A stretch of DNA of 55,114 nucleotides from Alphaproteobacteria bacterium (GCA_009783855.1 WRCO01000004.1:1-55114), one strand, 5' to 3'. Shown: positions 9,778-20,299, counted from the first letter of the stretch. Numbers and translations are program-made. Notes: generated from the letters alone by a model not told the origin.

Positions 9778-10359
9778 ATGCCACTTATACCAATGGTCAT
9801 CGAAGAATCGCCAAAGGGCGAACGTTCGTTCGACATATATTCGCGCCTTCTTCGCGACCGAATCGTCATGCTGCAGGGTCCGGTTGAATCCGCGATGGCG
9901 AATTCCATCATCGCGCAGCTGTTGTTTTTGGAATCGGAAAACCCGAACGCGGACATTTCCTTATATATACAAAGCCCGGGCGGTTCGGTCGACGCGGGCG
10001 AAGCCATTCTTGACACCATGCGGTACATCCGGTCGCCGGTTGCGACAATCGCGATGGGTTCGGTGGCAAGCATGGGCGCCATGATTCTTGCCGGCGGCGA
10101 AAAGGGAAAGCGAAGCGCGCTTCCCAACGCGCGGATTATGATTCACCAGCCGTCCGCGGGAATGGAAGGCAAAGTGACGGACATGGAGATATATTTCAAA
10201 GAAGCGGCCAAGGCGAAAGAGCTTCTTATCAAACAGCTTTCCGAATTCACCGGAAAGAAAGAGTCCGAACTTCGCGAAGCGATGGAGCGCGACAATTTCA
10301 TGTCCGCGACGGAGGCAAAAGAATTTGGATTAATTGATGAAATCTTGATTAAAAAATAA
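9778..10359 (+). CDS. clpP: Clp protease proteolytic subunit
   Basis: [34 protein letters not shown]. Confidence 0.97.
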   Translation: MPLIPMVIEESPKGERSFDIYSRLLRDRIVMLQGPVESAMANSIIAQLLFLESENPNADISLYIQSPGGSVDAGEAILDTMRYIRSPVATIAMGSVASMGAMILAGGEKGKRSALPNARIMIHQPSAGMEGKVTDMEIYFKEAAKAKELLIKQLSEFTGKKESELREAMERDNFMSATEAKEFGLIDEILIKK

Positions 10360-10369
10360 GGCGGGAAAA

Positions 10370-11623
10370 ATGTCCGAAACAGATATAAAAACTTCCGACA
10401 CACAGCTTTGCAGTTTCTGCGGCAAGGCGGTGCACGAAGTAAAGAAACTTGTATCCGGCAAAAACGTCTGCATCTGCGACGAGTGCATCGGCCTTTGCAA
10501 CGACATCATGGCCGGTGAGGAACAGATAAAAGTCACCGCGGATGCAAGCAAGCTTCCCCCGCCGTCGAAAATTTACAAAATCCTGAACGATTATATTATC
10601 GGACAGGATGATGCAAAGCGCACTCTTGCCGTCGCGGTTTACAATCATTATAAAAGACACAGCGCCGGGATAAAATCCGACGTCGAGATTCAAAAATCGA
10701 ACATTCTTATGATTGGGCCGACCGGAACGGGAAAAACATTGTTCGCGCAGACATTGGCGCGCGTATTGAACGTGCCGTTTGCGATTGCGGACGCGACCAC
10801 TTTGACCGAAGCGGGATACGTCGGCGAAGACGTCGAAAGCGTTCTGACGCGACTTTTGCAGAATGCGAATTTTGATATAGAGCGCGCGCAAAAAGGAATC
10901 ATATATATCGACGAAATCGACAAGATTACGCGCAAAAGCGAAAGCCCAAGCCTGACCCGCGATGTATCCGGCGAAGGCGTGCAGCAAGCGCTTTTGAAAT
11001 TAATCGAAGGCACGACCGCCAATGTCTCCGCGGCGGCCGGCGCGCGAAAACATCCGGGAGAGGCGACGGTCGCATTGAACACTCATGGGATTTTGTTTAT
11101 ATGCGGCGGCGCGTTCGACGGGCTTTCCAAAATAATCGGCGCGCGCACGAACGAACGCGCGGGCATAGGTTTCGGCGCAACGGTCCAATCGAAACAGGAA
11201 CGCGCGGATAAATACAACCTTGACAAGGTTATTCCTGCGGACCTTGTGAAGTTTGGAATTATTCCGGAACTTATCGGGCGTCTTCCGGTTATCACGACGC
11301 TTATGGAATTGGATGAGGATGCGCTTGTAAAGATTCTGACGGAACCCAAAAACGCGATTGCGAAACAATATTCCGCATTGCTTGAAATGGAGAATGTGAA
11401 TTTGAACATCACGTCGGACGGACTTTGTGCGATTGCAAAAAAGGCATTGGACCGCAAAACCGGCGCGCGCGGCCTTCGCAGTATTTTGGAAAAGATTCTT
11501 CTTCAACCGATGTTCGATGCGCCGGATAAACCGGATTTGAAGGAAATCGTAATAGATGCCGAAGTTGTCGGCGGAACAAAGCCCCCGGTCGAAATTTTGG
11601 AAAAGCAAAAGAAAGTTGCGTAA
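10370..11623 (+). CDS. clpX: Clp protease ATP-binding subunit ClpX
   Basis: CSFCGK zinc finger, [30 protein letters not shown] loop. Confidence 0.97.
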   Translation: MSETDIKTSDTQLCSFCGKAVHEVKKLVSGKNVCICDECIGLCNDIMAGEEQIKVTADASKLPPPSKIYKILNDYIIGQDDAKRTLAVAVYNHYKRHSAGIKSDVEIQKSNILMIGPTGTGKTLFAQTLARVLNVPFAIADATTLTEAGYVGEDVESVLTRLLQNANFDIERAQKGIIYIDEIDKITRKSESPSLTRDVSGEGVQQALLKLIEGTTANVSAAAGARKHPGEATVALNTHGILFICGGAFDGLSKIIGARTNERAGIGFGATVQSKQERADKYNLDKVIPADLVKFGIIPELIGRLPVITTLMELDEDALVKILTEPKNAIAKQYSALLEMENVNLNITSDGLCAIAKKALDRKTGARGLRSILEKILLQPMFDAPDKPDLKEIVIDAEVVGGTKPPVEILEKQKKVA

Positions 11624-11658
11624 CGCGAACTCGCCTTGTTAATTGGCCATCAGTTAAT

Positions 11659-11688
11659 AAAAGATGTCTGCTATAGCAGACATCTTTT
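11659..11688. terminator. Perfect 30-bp palindrome, probable terminator after clpX
   Basis: AAAAGATGTCTGCTATAGCAGACATCTTTT. Confidence 0.7.
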
Positions 11689-11737
11689 GTCCCAAGCATT
11701 AATTCCTAACGTCATTGGGATGCGCGGGCACGAACAC

Positions 11738-11768
11738 AATAAAACCGGCGTATCGCGCCGGTTTTATT
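11738..11768. terminator. Bidirectional intrinsic terminator
   Basis: AATAAAACCGGCG-TATCG-CGCCGGTTTTATT between convergent genes. Confidence 0.8.
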
Positions 11769-13689
11769 ATCTTGGCACACAGTCCCAATGCGGGCTGCCC
11801 CGATGGGTATGAGTATCATTACATTCAAGCACAGAGCACACGCCTCTCCAACGACCGGTCGATTCTTCACACCATTCCTGTCCTCTTGACGCTCCCGCGG
11901 GCAGCGTTGGGCACGGCCTTACACCCGCCGGTTGGCGAGTTATCGGCGATGTTCTCATCTCGGTCGCATCAGCACCGCATTTACTTTGCGTCCTTGACGT
12001 GGGCGCCGCGCATGCGGTCCGCGCCTCGTTGGGCTGCTGCCCTTCTGGACAAGGCGTACATACACCTCCGCGCGGACTTATATGACCAGCCGGACACGGT
12101 TCGCACGCTGTGCCGTCTGTGCCGGGCCGTGTGCCAAGTCTGCATTGTACACATTCCGTCTGATTTTCATTGGGTATCCTGTCGGCACGGCAAGCTTCAC
12201 ATCGGTGGCTTGCATTAACTATCTGGTTCAGACGGCATGGAACGCATACTCCGCCACTGTACTCCTGACCAGGGGCGCAAGGGCTCGCATTATTATTGTT
12301 ATCACCGCCGGCGCCGGGGGGGGGGGCGCCGCCTCCACCACCTGTACTGTCGCTTCCACCGCCACCACCGGTATCGCCGCTACTGCCGTCGTCTTCATTT
12401 GGGTCCACGCAAGCATTGCGCCAGGCAACCCATCTTCTTCCTTCGGCTTCGCATTGGTCGCGGCCCGCGCTGCGCCTGTCCATCGCTCTGTTAATCGCGC
12501 CGGATGCGACAAGGGCCGTTGCCATTCCATACATCGCGCCCGTGGTCGCGGCCTGTGCGCCGCGTGCTTCGCGTTCCGCACGCGCAATATTTTCAAGATA
12601 CATGGTAAGGTCCACGCCAAACCATTCCGGCGTGCACATAAATTCCGTCCCGGCGTTGACCGTTCTTGACGCAACGACGCCGTCCCAATCTCCGCTTGCT
12701 CGCATGGTAAGGTTGAACAGGCATTCGAACGAACGCTGGTCGAACATTCCGCCGATATTGCGGCATCCGGCCTCCATCTGTCCGCGCATCGTGTAAAGCC
12801 GTCTTTCGGCTTCCATCGCTTCGCGCTCCATCGCCACGCGCATGATGCCAAGCGCTTCAAGCGTGCGCGCCTGTAATCCCGAATCCGCGGCGCGGCATCT
12901 GTCGGCGATATGGCGGCATGCCTGTACGGCCGCTTCGCCCGCTTGCCGGGACAGGCAATTAACATACGGAGTGCCGCCGATACGGATGCTTCGGTTGCTT
13001 CGGCTGAAACGGTCCGTTACGGAAAACTGTTGCGAGCAATGCTCCATTATACAAAGGTTGTAATCTTCGCCGCATTGATTGGCGTCGCGAAATCCGACCA
13101 CCGTCGCGTTCAAATCACGGTCGGCTTTTATTTCGACGGAAAACAAAGCGGTCTCGCGCGCAGAACAATTCGCGCCGCGCGCGCAAGATTCGATTTTGAT
13201 ACCCCAAATGGCATCGGAATCCGTCGCGCATCTTGTGAAATCTTCACCGCATTGCTGTTCCATGCATACGCGCATAGCTTCGTCGCACGACGATGTGATT
13301 ACGTTATTCTGCGGCGGCGTGAAAAGCACGCCCTGTGGCTGTACCGCTTGTTGCCGGCGCAACGCTTCGGCAAGTGCGCCGCCGCCGTCGCCGACGTCCT
13401 GATTGGCGCCGGTAAACACAAGATTGAAATTCACCCGGGGGTCGAATGGAGGCGGAGGGGGCGGAGGCGCCGACGGCGCTTCTTCAACAACAGGCGCCGG
13501 GGCGGGCGCCGGAGGCATGACGCCGGCACTTGCCGTGCGGGTGCGGGGCGCCACCTGGCCGCCGCGCGTAGTGACGTTGGCAGGACCGGCGTGCGCACTT
13601 GCGCAAAGCGCAAAAAAGAGCATAGAGCATAGAGCATAGAGCATGGATGCTTTCCAGAGACCTGCAAAACTGTTTTTTAATCTAAACAC
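11767..13689 (-). CDS. Secreted Cys-rich protein with Gly linker and C-terminal CxxC repeats
   Basis: Signal peptide, Pro-rich linker, many Cys, repeated C-x-P-C-x2-G-type units. Confidence 0.75.
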   Translation of the reverse strand: MFRLKNSFAGLWKASMLYALCSMLFFALCASAHAGPANVTTRGGQVAPRTRTASAGVMPPAPAPAPVVEEAPSAPPPPPPPFDPRVNFNLVFTGANQDVGDGGGALAEALRRQQAVQPQGVLFTPPQNNVITSSCDEAMRVCMEQQCGEDFTRCATDSDAIWGIKIESCARGANCSARETALFSVEIKADRDLNATVVGFRDANQCGEDYNLCIMEHCSQQFSVTDRFSRSNRSIRIGGTPYVNCLSRQAGEAAVQACRHIADRCRAADSGLQARTLEALGIMRVAMEREAMEAERRLYTMRGQMEAGCRNIGGMFDQRSFECLFNLTMRASGDWDGVVASRTVNAGTEFMCTPEWFGVDLTMYLENIARAEREARGAQAATTGAMYGMATALVASGAINRAMDRRSAGRDQCEAEGRRWVAWRNACVDPNEDDGSSGDTGGGGGSDSTGGGGGAPPPGAGGDNNNNASPCAPGQEYSGGVCVPCRLNQIVNASHRCEACRADRIPNENQTECVQCRLGTRPGTDGTACEPCPAGHISPRGGVCTPCPEGQQPNEARTACAAPTSRTQSKCGADATEMRTSPITRQPAGVRPCPTLPAGASRGQEWCEESTGRWRGVCSVLECNDTHTHRGSPHWDCVPR

Positions 13690-13720
13690 TTATCCATACT
13701 CCATCTGTGCTCTACGCTCT
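13600..13720 (-). repeat. Heptamer (TCTATGC) module spanning RBS, GTG start and signal peptide
   Basis: Plus strand GAGCATA x3 + GAGCATGGATGC; homologous to 4000-4118. Confidence 0.85.
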
Positions 13721-13723
13721 ATT

Positions 13724-14623
13724 TTATCTCGTATGCCGGACAGGGGCGGGCGCCGTCGGCGCGATTTCATTTCTTATCCGACCGCATGCGATATCCACAT
13801 GTTCGCATAACAGCCGCGCTATGCGGGTATTGTCCACACTGCCCTGGCACCCGCCGATGATATTGCATTTTTCCGTTTCGCACGCCACCCGGGCCGGAGC
13901 CCTTGCGCCGCCGCCCGTCATGCAATCCGTGCCAATCGCCCTTACCCATTCTTCGCGGTCGGCCCTGTGTCTGCGCGCGACGGTTTCGGCGTTTGCTGTG
14001 CGGTTTGTTTCAAAATTGTCACGTTCCGTCCGCATTGCCGTCCGTATATTTGCAATGTTTTGGTCAGAGCCGCAGTTCGTAGTAATAGTGCATGCGGAAA
14101 AATGTCGGTCCAAATCCGCGTCCACCATACACGCAGCCCAATTGGCGCCGCATCTTTCAGTAACGCATCGGCGAAGGTCCGCCTGGCTGCATTGGTCGCC
14201 CGGGGTTTGCGCCATCGCTGTCCGGGACGCGTCGGCGCCCGTCCGTTCCACAAGCGCCGCGTTGCACGATTGCATTATCAAGGTATTATAATTGTCGCGC
14301 ACATCGTCCGCGGTACAGTCCGCGATTAAGCGCATGCATTCCGTCGCGGCCCATACGTATCTTTCCCGCGGGTCCGTCGGCGCGTTTCTTGTGTCAAGTG
14401 TCGTGGCACTTGGACGCTGTGCCAAGGGTTGGCGGCGCAGCGTCGCCTGACCCGATCCGCAAAGAGCGCACCGCACCGTCGGGTCGCCCGTAAGTCCCGC
14501 GACGCACGCGGAATCAAGACACCGGACAAGGTTCGGAACATGGCATCGCGCATCGGCCGCGCCGATAAACATGGCACAGGTCGCAAGGCACAAGGCAAAA
14601 AACTTTGCGGCTTTTTTCATCAT
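13724..14623 (-). CDS. Secreted Cys-rich hypothetical protein
   Basis: Signal peptide (MKKAAKFF...ADA), paired Cys motifs. Confidence 0.75.
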   Translation of the reverse strand: MMKKAAKFFALCLATCAMFIGAADARCHVPNLVRCLDSACVAGLTGDPTVRCALCGSGQATLRRQPLAQRPSATTLDTRNAPTDPRERYVWAATECMRLIADCTADDVRDNYNTLIMQSCNAALVERTGADASRTAMAQTPGDQCSQADLRRCVTERCGANWAACMVDADLDRHFSACTITTNCGSDQNIANIRTAMRTERDNFETNRTANAETVARRHRADREEWVRAIGTDCMTGGGARAPARVACETEKCNIIGGCQGSVDNTRIARLLCEHVDIACGRIRNEIAPTAPAPVRHTR

Positions 14624-14681
14624 CCTCTCTATTTCCCAATTTTATCAGAAAAATGAAAAAAATAAAAGGGGGAATCGCGCC

Positions 14682-14756
14682 CCCGTCATACCGCCGAAGG
14701 GCGGGAGCCATTGTTGTAAAAAACCGCCGCCAGCAAGGCTGGCGGCACATCATTAT
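14682..14756 (-). repeat. Degenerate partial copy of the REP-like element at 26992-27100
   Basis: Reverse complement ATAATGATGTGCCGCCAGCCTTGCTGGCGGCG...TGGCTCCCGCCCTTCGGCGGTATGACGGG aligns with 27024-27100. Confidence 0.7.
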
Positions 14757-16186
14757 TCGCCGAACAATCTTCGGAACATTCTTGCATTGATTTTCACCGG
14801 ATACTTGCGCCCAAGGAATGCGGTGTAATCGTCCTGCATTATGCGCGCCAGCGCCCGTCCCGCGTCGGCTTGCAATTCCGTCCTTCTGGCCTCGTTCATA
14901 TTCGGCACAACGGCATCTTTTACCGACAGCACAAAGAATGCATTCGCCCCCGGAACGATGGTATTCGTCCCGACCGGCGTCCGGAATGCGGCGGCAAGTA
15001 TTTCAAGCGGCGCGCCGGATGTGCGCGTCACGGTCACGGGGCGTCCGACCGGGGTGTTCTCTCTGTTCGCGTCGATAAGGATTTGGTTCGCGCGTTCGTA
15101 CGCCCGGACCCGTCTTTGTTCTGTGCGCCACAGCGCGACCAATTCGGCCCGCATTGAATCGAACGGCGCGGCGTGCGCGGGTTCAATCTTTTCAACGCGA
15201 ACGATTATAAATCCGCTTCTTGTTTCGATTACTTCGGATTCTATACCCGCTTCCAAAGCGAATGCGATGCGGCGCGCCTCGTCGCCGAACGCCGCATCCG
15301 TAACCGCGCGGCCGTTTTTATCCGTCCAGTCCGCGTTTACGGCGGCAACGTGTGCAAACCTTGCGCCGGGGACTTTTGATGCGGCGTCGCGCATTGCTTC
15401 GCCCCCGATGATGGCGTCTTCAAGCCTTTGCGCCGAAACAAACGCGGCGTCCACCGAATCGGGCTGTGACATGTCCGCAGGCACGATTACGATGGAAACG
15501 CTTCTGAATTCCGGGATGATTTTCGGATTTCTTGTATGAGTCTGCCGCAACTGTTCTTCGGTCGGATTGCCCGTTTCCGCAAAATCGTCGAACGACACGC
15601 GCGCAAATTCTATCCGCCGCTGTGCCCCGCGGGCGCCGTGCATCGCGGTGACGACAAATTCCGGAACAAGCACGCCGGCCGCAAGCGGAGACAAAAGCAT
15701 GTCGCGCATAATTTCGCGCCGTATGTGTTCGGCGAACGTTGCTTCCGACAATCCCATATTGGCAAGAGTGACGTCGAACATTATCGCAGAGAATCTTCCG
15801 TTTTCTTGGAACGCCGGTTCGGCGCGGATTACCGCGGCAACGGCGGCGGGCGACGCGGCAAGCCCGATGTCTTCCGCCCGCTGGTCAAGCATTAATTGCG
15901 ACCCAAGGCTTGATAAAATCTGTTGGCCAAGCTGTATCGTCGCCTGTTGGTCCGCGAAAACTTGCCTTCGCAATTCGGGCGTCATCTGGGACAACTGGCG
16001 ACTGCGCTCGCGCTCGAATTGGGCAAGGGTTATGGGTTCGCGCCCTATTTTTACGATTGAATCGTCAAATCTTGACTCGCCTAAAATCCAATTCGCGGCG
16101 CCCCAGCCCACGAACGAAAAAATCAAAACGCCCATCAAAACTTTCGCCAACGGCCGGTTGGTTGAATCTCGCATTTGCTTTAACAT
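14753..16186 (-). CDS. SurA N-terminal domain / PpiD-like periplasmic chaperone
   Basis: N-terminal anchor LIFSFVGWG, PAFQENGRF, TRSGFIIVRV rotamase-like segment; divergent from tpiA as in other alphaproteobacteria. Confidence 0.8.
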   Translation of the reverse strand: MLKQMRDSTNRPLAKVLMGVLIFSFVGWGAANWILGESRFDDSIVKIGREPITLAQFERERSRQLSQMTPELRRQVFADQQATIQLGQQILSSLGSQLMLDQRAEDIGLAASPAAVAAVIRAEPAFQENGRFSAIMFDVTLANMGLSEATFAEHIRREIMRDMLLSPLAAGVLVPEFVVTAMHGARGAQRRIEFARVSFDDFAETGNPTEEQLRQTHTRNPKIIPEFRSVSIVIVPADMSQPDSVDAAFVSAQRLEDAIIGGEAMRDAASKVPGARFAHVAAVNADWTDKNGRAVTDAAFGDEARRIAFALEAGIESEVIETRSGFIIVRVEKIEPAHAAPFDSMRAELVALWRTEQRRVRAYERANQILIDANRENTPVGRPVTVTRTSGAPLEILAAAFRTPVGTNTIVPGANAFFVLSVKDAVVPNMNEARRTELQADAGRALARIMQDDYTAFLGRKYPVKINARMFRRLFGE

Positions 16187-16237
16187 GTTAAATACTCCAT
16201 TATGATTAGAATCATGGCGATTTTACTAAACTTTTTC

Positions 16238-16266
16238 TTGCCCCCGCAAGGGAAAAATGGTAAATT
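16238..16266 (+). promoter_or_regulatory. Sigma70-like promoter of tpiA (leaderless)
   Basis: TTGCCC-17-TAAATT with extended TG; ATG 6 nt downstream. Confidence 0.5.
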
Positions 16267-16272
16267 ACGACT

Positions 16273-16998
16273 ATGAAGCACCTTGAAAAAATCATCGTCG
16301 GAAACTGGAAAATGAACGGTTCGGTCAAATCCCTTGCCGTTATGATAGAGGCGTTGAAATCCGTGAATATGAACCGCGAACGGGTAATCCTTTGCCCGCC
16401 GTTCACCCTTTTGGGCGCGGCGTCGGTCGCAAACGTCGCATTCGGCGCCCAAGACGTCGGCGCGTATGATTCCGGCGCATATACAGGCGAAATTTCGGCC
16501 GAAATGATTGCCGAAACCGGCGCCAAATACGCGATAGTCGGGCATTCCGAGCGCCGTCGGAATTATTTTGAAACCAACGAAATCATATCGCACAAAGCAT
16601 TGGCGGCGCACCGCGCCGGACTTATTCCCATTATATGCGTGGGCGAAGCCTGCACGGGCGACGAATGCGCCGCGGACGCCCAAATGCCCGCCGCCGTGGA
16701 AAAACAGGTTAAAGAGTCCGTCCCCGAAGCCATCACGAACTTTATCATCGCGTACGAGCCCGTCTGGTCCGTCGGGACGGATAATATTCCACCGGCGGCG
16801 GATATTGAAAAAGCGCACGGACATATCTATAACGTGCTTGCCGGGATGGGCAAACATGCGCCCGTAATATACGGCGGGTCGGTGAATGCGACGAACTCGC
16901 TTGCGATAATGTCTATGAAGGGCGTGGACGGGGTCCTGGTCGGGCGCGCGTCGCTTTTGCCCGAAGAATTCATCCCCATAATACAAAGTGGAAAATAA
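16273..16998 (+). CDS. tpiA: Triosephosphate isomerase
   Basis: GNWKMNG, GHSERR, AYEPVW, YGGSV, LVGRASL. Confidence 0.96.
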   Translation: MKHLEKIIVGNWKMNGSVKSLAVMIEALKSVNMNRERVILCPPFTLLGAASVANVAFGAQDVGAYDSGAYTGEISAEMIAETGAKYAIVGHSERRRNYFETNEIISHKALAAHRAGLIPIICVGEACTGDECAADAQMPAAVEKQVKESVPEAITNFIIAYEPVWSVGTDNIPPAADIEKAHGHIYNVLAGMGKHAPVIYGGSVNATNSLAIMSMKGVDGVLVGRASLLPEEFIPIIQSGK

Positions 16999-16999
16999 A

Positions 17000-17497
17000 A
17001 TGTCAGATATGGAAAACATTGTCGAAGAAGCCGCCGAAGCGGTCATAGAATCCGAATCGGAACGGACGGACGCGGACGAAACCGAATGCCTTCGGGCAAG
17101 GGTTGCGGAATTGTCGGACAAATATATCCGCGCGATGGCAGAAATCGAAAACACGCGCCGGCGCGCGAAATCGGATGTCGAATCCGCCCTGCGCACCCGC
17201 GCCATGAATATCGCGGAAAGCTTTTTGCCATTAATTGACGCGATTGAGGCGGCGTCCGCGCACGCGCCGGACGATGCGGGGATAAAGGCGCTTTGCGGCG
17301 CGGCGGCGGGCGTCCTTGCAAATGTCGGCATTGTTAAAATCGAAACCGTCGGCTGTGCGTTGAATCCCCAATTTCACAACGCGATTTCCACCGTGGAAGA
17401 TAACAAAGAATCCGGCAAGATTACAGAAGAATGCCAATCCGGATATATGTTCGGCGACACGGTGCTTCGCCCCGCGACCGTTATTGTTGCGAAATAA
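17000..17497 (+). CDS. grpE: Nucleotide exchange factor GrpE
   Basis: RAMAEIENTRRR, NPQFHNA, GYMFGDTVLRPATVIV. Confidence 0.93.
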   Translation: MSDMENIVEEAAEAVIESESERTDADETECLRARVAELSDKYIRAMAEIENTRRRAKSDVESALRTRAMNIAESFLPLIDAIEAASAHAPDDAGIKALCGAAAGVLANVGIVKIETVGCALNPQFHNAISTVEDNKESGKITEECQSGYMFGDTVLRPATVIVAK

Positions 17498-17514
17498 TCT
17501 TCGATTACAGTATA

Positions 17515-19176
17515 CTATCGCCAAATTGTCGACATAATATGAAAGTCGGAAAGCCCGGTCGCACCTGTGTACATGTTGTTGCTGTGCCCGGCCCAGGGAC
17601 TGCCGTTGTTCCCCATAAATTTTTCCCACACAAACTGTCTTTTGGCATTGATTTCTTCTTGGGTATCGGTATCCAGCACAGGGTTGTCCGGATTGATAAG
17701 CGTCCGTGCGGACGGCCCGGTCAGACCGGTGCAGCCATTGAATGTGCCGTCAAACATCCATGATGACGCGTTTCCGTGAATACCATCAAACAGCCCGTCA
17801 CCTATGCCGGTAAGGCCGGTGCTGTTTCTGAATGTATTTTGAAACATCCACGCATCCGGCGGTCCGGCAATTCCGGCGAACAACCGACCGGGAATTATGC
17901 CCGTCAAACCGGGGACATCCCTGAACGTGCTGTTAAATATATTTTGACGCGGCGGGCCTTGAACCCCGGCGAACAAGTTTTCCGGTATCGGACCGGTTAG
18001 ACCGGTGTTTTGAAATGTACCATCAAATACAGCGGATTCTGGCGAACCTTGAATCCCGGCGAACAAGTTTTCCGGTATCGAGCCGGTCATATTGGGATTG
18101 TCGGCAAATGTTCTGGCAAACATGTGCGCCCTTGGCGGGCCTTGAATCCCGGCGAACAGGTTTTCCGGTATAGAACCGGTTACGCCGGCGTTACGGAATG
18201 TACCGCTGAACATTGCGTCCGCTGATAATCCCTGAATACTGCTGAACAGGTTTTCCGGGATTTCGGTTATTCCGGTGTTGTTAAATGTATTCGCGAACAT
18301 AGAATTTTGCGGCGGCCCCTTTATGGTGGCGAACAGATTTTCCGGGATACTGGTCAAGTTGGTGCAATCGGCGAACGTACCTTGGAACATAGTCGCTCCG
18401 GTTCTTTCTATCCCGGCAAACAATGTTTCCGGAATTTCGGTCAGACCCGTAAATCCCCTGAACGTATTTATAAACCTTGGGCGTAATGTTGCGCCGGAAC
18501 CGTCGCCGATTGTTGGAAACACGGCGCCAAGGTCGCCTTCAAGTTTTGTAACCTTTGCCCGAAGCGGAGAGTTTTCGAACGTTATCGAAGACCGAATTTC
18601 CAGCAAGCCATGCGCACTTGTAAATCCGCCCAAACCGATGACATAATCCCCATCTTGGGTAAAAGTGCGTCTTGCCGTCGCCGGCGTCATATGTAAAATT
18701 TGCGGAGGCGTGCCATCGCCCCAATTGACGCTGTATGTTCCGTGCACGGCATCTATACGAAAACTGAACTCTTCGCCCGCCTTTACGTCGGTAAGGTGTA
18801 ACCAAAATCGCGGCGCAAATGTAATTAACCGTTCCGCTGCGTTCTTAACCGCTTCTACATTAGCCGCCTGGGTAGTCGCATATTCAGATTCGCAATAATT
18901 GGTGGTGGGCCCCATGTTTATTGCTGCATTCGCCATGTCAACAAGGCACAACAAATATTCCATATTTGCAATGCGGGTGTTTGCGCCCGTGTTAATCCAA
19001 CTTGGATTGGTCTGAGGAACGTGCGCGTGTATCGCGTTTCTTATCGCCAGGTGCACAAACTGGACGGTTGCCACACGCGTGTTTTCGGCATGGGCCGCAG
19101 ATGCAAAAACAAACATCAAAAAAGCAATTAATCGCGTACGGAACATTTTTGCCACAAATTTTGGGAATCCTTCCAT
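17515..19176 (-). CDS. Exported LRR-like repeat protein (IPENLFAGIQGPP repeats)
   Basis: About 8-9 tandem 25-27 aa repeats, PKD-like NWGDG, signal peptide; start 19176 or 19146. Confidence 0.8.
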   Translation of the reverse strand: MEGFPKFVAKMFRTRLIAFLMFVFASAAHAENTRVATVQFVHLAIRNAIHAHVPQTNPSWINTGANTRIANMEYLLCLVDMANAAINMGPTTNYCESEYATTQAANVEAVKNAAERLITFAPRFWLHLTDVKAGEEFSFRIDAVHGTYSVNWGDGTPPQILHMTPATARRTFTQDGDYVIGLGGFTSAHGLLEIRSSITFENSPLRAKVTKLEGDLGAVFPTIGDGSGATLRPRFINTFRGFTGLTEIPETLFAGIERTGATMFQGTFADCTNLTSIPENLFATIKGPPQNSMFANTFNNTGITEIPENLFSSIQGLSADAMFSGTFRNAGVTGSIPENLFAGIQGPPRAHMFARTFADNPNMTGSIPENLFAGIQGSPESAVFDGTFQNTGLTGPIPENLFAGVQGPPRQNIFNSTFRDVPGLTGIIPGRLFAGIAGPPDAWMFQNTFRNSTGLTGIGDGLFDGIHGNASSWMFDGTFNGCTGLTGPSARTLINPDNPVLDTDTQEEINAKRQFVWEKFMGNNGSPWAGHSNNMYTGATGLSDFHIMSTIWR

Positions 19177-19354
19177 GTCGGGATTATAGCATAAAGACAG
19201 CCAAGTATGGCAAGGGAATCTTATATTCCGTTCCGTCGAGACCGTTATCGCTTTGAAGTAATTTTTTACAAACTTCGCTGTTATTTTGATTTCCGTTCGT
19301 TTATAATCCTGTCGGTGCCTGTCAAAGGCGTCGCACAGTTTCAAGGAAGTTGTC

Positions 19355-20299
19355 ATGAGAAGTTTAATCGCAAGCCTGGTCAGTCTGTTTGTCATCAATA
19401 ATCTGAAACGCCGTCATTTGCGCAAAGTTATCAAAGGGATATCGGCGCAAGAAAAACGCATAATACAGGCCGGATTGCCGGGTTTGGAAATAAAATCATT
19501 CCGATTTTTCAAATCCGGAACGGCGCGGATATTTCTTGTCAACGACAACCTTGTGGTAAAATCCTTCGGTCCCGGATGCGCGGCCCACTGTGCGGCGGCA
19601 AGCGCGATTTTGCGCGAACATATAGACGGCGCCCTGTTCCCCGACATTAAAAAGCTGCACGGGACGGAAGATTATATGTATTATCCGTTTCTTCCCGGCA
19701 ACATGATTACGCATGGCAATGTCTCCGAAGAATGTCTGTCGGACATTGCGCATTTCATCGCCCGCATGCACGCGATTGATACAGACAAGATTCCAAAGGA
19801 ACTTATGGACGCTCTGCATCCGCAACGGCCGCTTTCAATTATTCAAGACCCGGTCGAAATTTCCAAAATACTTGGCCGCGATGTTTCGGACGACGTGCGG
19901 GAAATCCAGAAAGTCTATGCCAGGCACAATTTGCGGAAAAGAATTTTTACGCACGGCGATTTGCGTCTTGGACAGATGTTGCAAAACAGTGCCGGCAGAT
20001 TGTGCGCCGTTCTGGACCTTGATAACTTTACAGCCACCGCAAATCCGCTTCATGACATAGAACAGTTTTCCAAAAATCCGGCCAAATTGTTTCATTTCAT
20101 CAAACTGTTGAATAAAGCGTACCAATCTTGCGGGCTTTCCATCCGCATATCCGAACACGACGCGTATTTTGCGATGAAAAATCGTCTGTATGGCGCGATT
20201 ATCTCTGATTGGCGGCGCAAAAGAGACCTGGACCGGATGGCGGAAAACATCGCCGCTCTTGATAGACTTGTCGGATTAAATCCCAATCCTGTGGCTTAA
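19355..20299 (+). CDS. Aminoglycoside-phosphotransferase/choline-kinase fold protein
   Basis: VVK, FIARMH, HGDLRLGQML, VLDLD motifs. Confidence 0.7.
   Translation: MRSLIASLVSLFVINNLKRRHLRKVIKGISAQEKRIIQAGLPGLEIKSFRFFKSGTARIFLVNDNLVVKSFGPGCAAHCAAASAILREHIDGALFPDIKKLHGTEDYMYYPFLPGNMITHGNVSEECLSDIAHFIARMHAIDTDKIPKELMDALHPQRPLSIIQDPVEISKILGRDVSDDVREIQKVYARHNLRKRIFTHGDLRLGQMLQNSAGRLCAVLDLDNFTATANPLHDIEQFSKNPAKLFHFIKLLNKAYQSCGLSIRISEHDAYFAMKNRLYGAIISDWRRKRDLDRMAENIAALDRLVGLNPNPVA

Noticed and set aside
14662..14712. tmRNA/tRNA-like 3' end or riboswitch (GACGGGGGCGCGATTCCCCC)
   Set aside because: No acceptor stem or CCA; better explained as a REP-like remnant plus a terminator hairpin.
19177..19398. 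Long N-terminal extension of the LRR-like ORF
   Set aside because: It overlaps the divergent kinase gene and an extended -10 box; the signal peptide begins further downstream.
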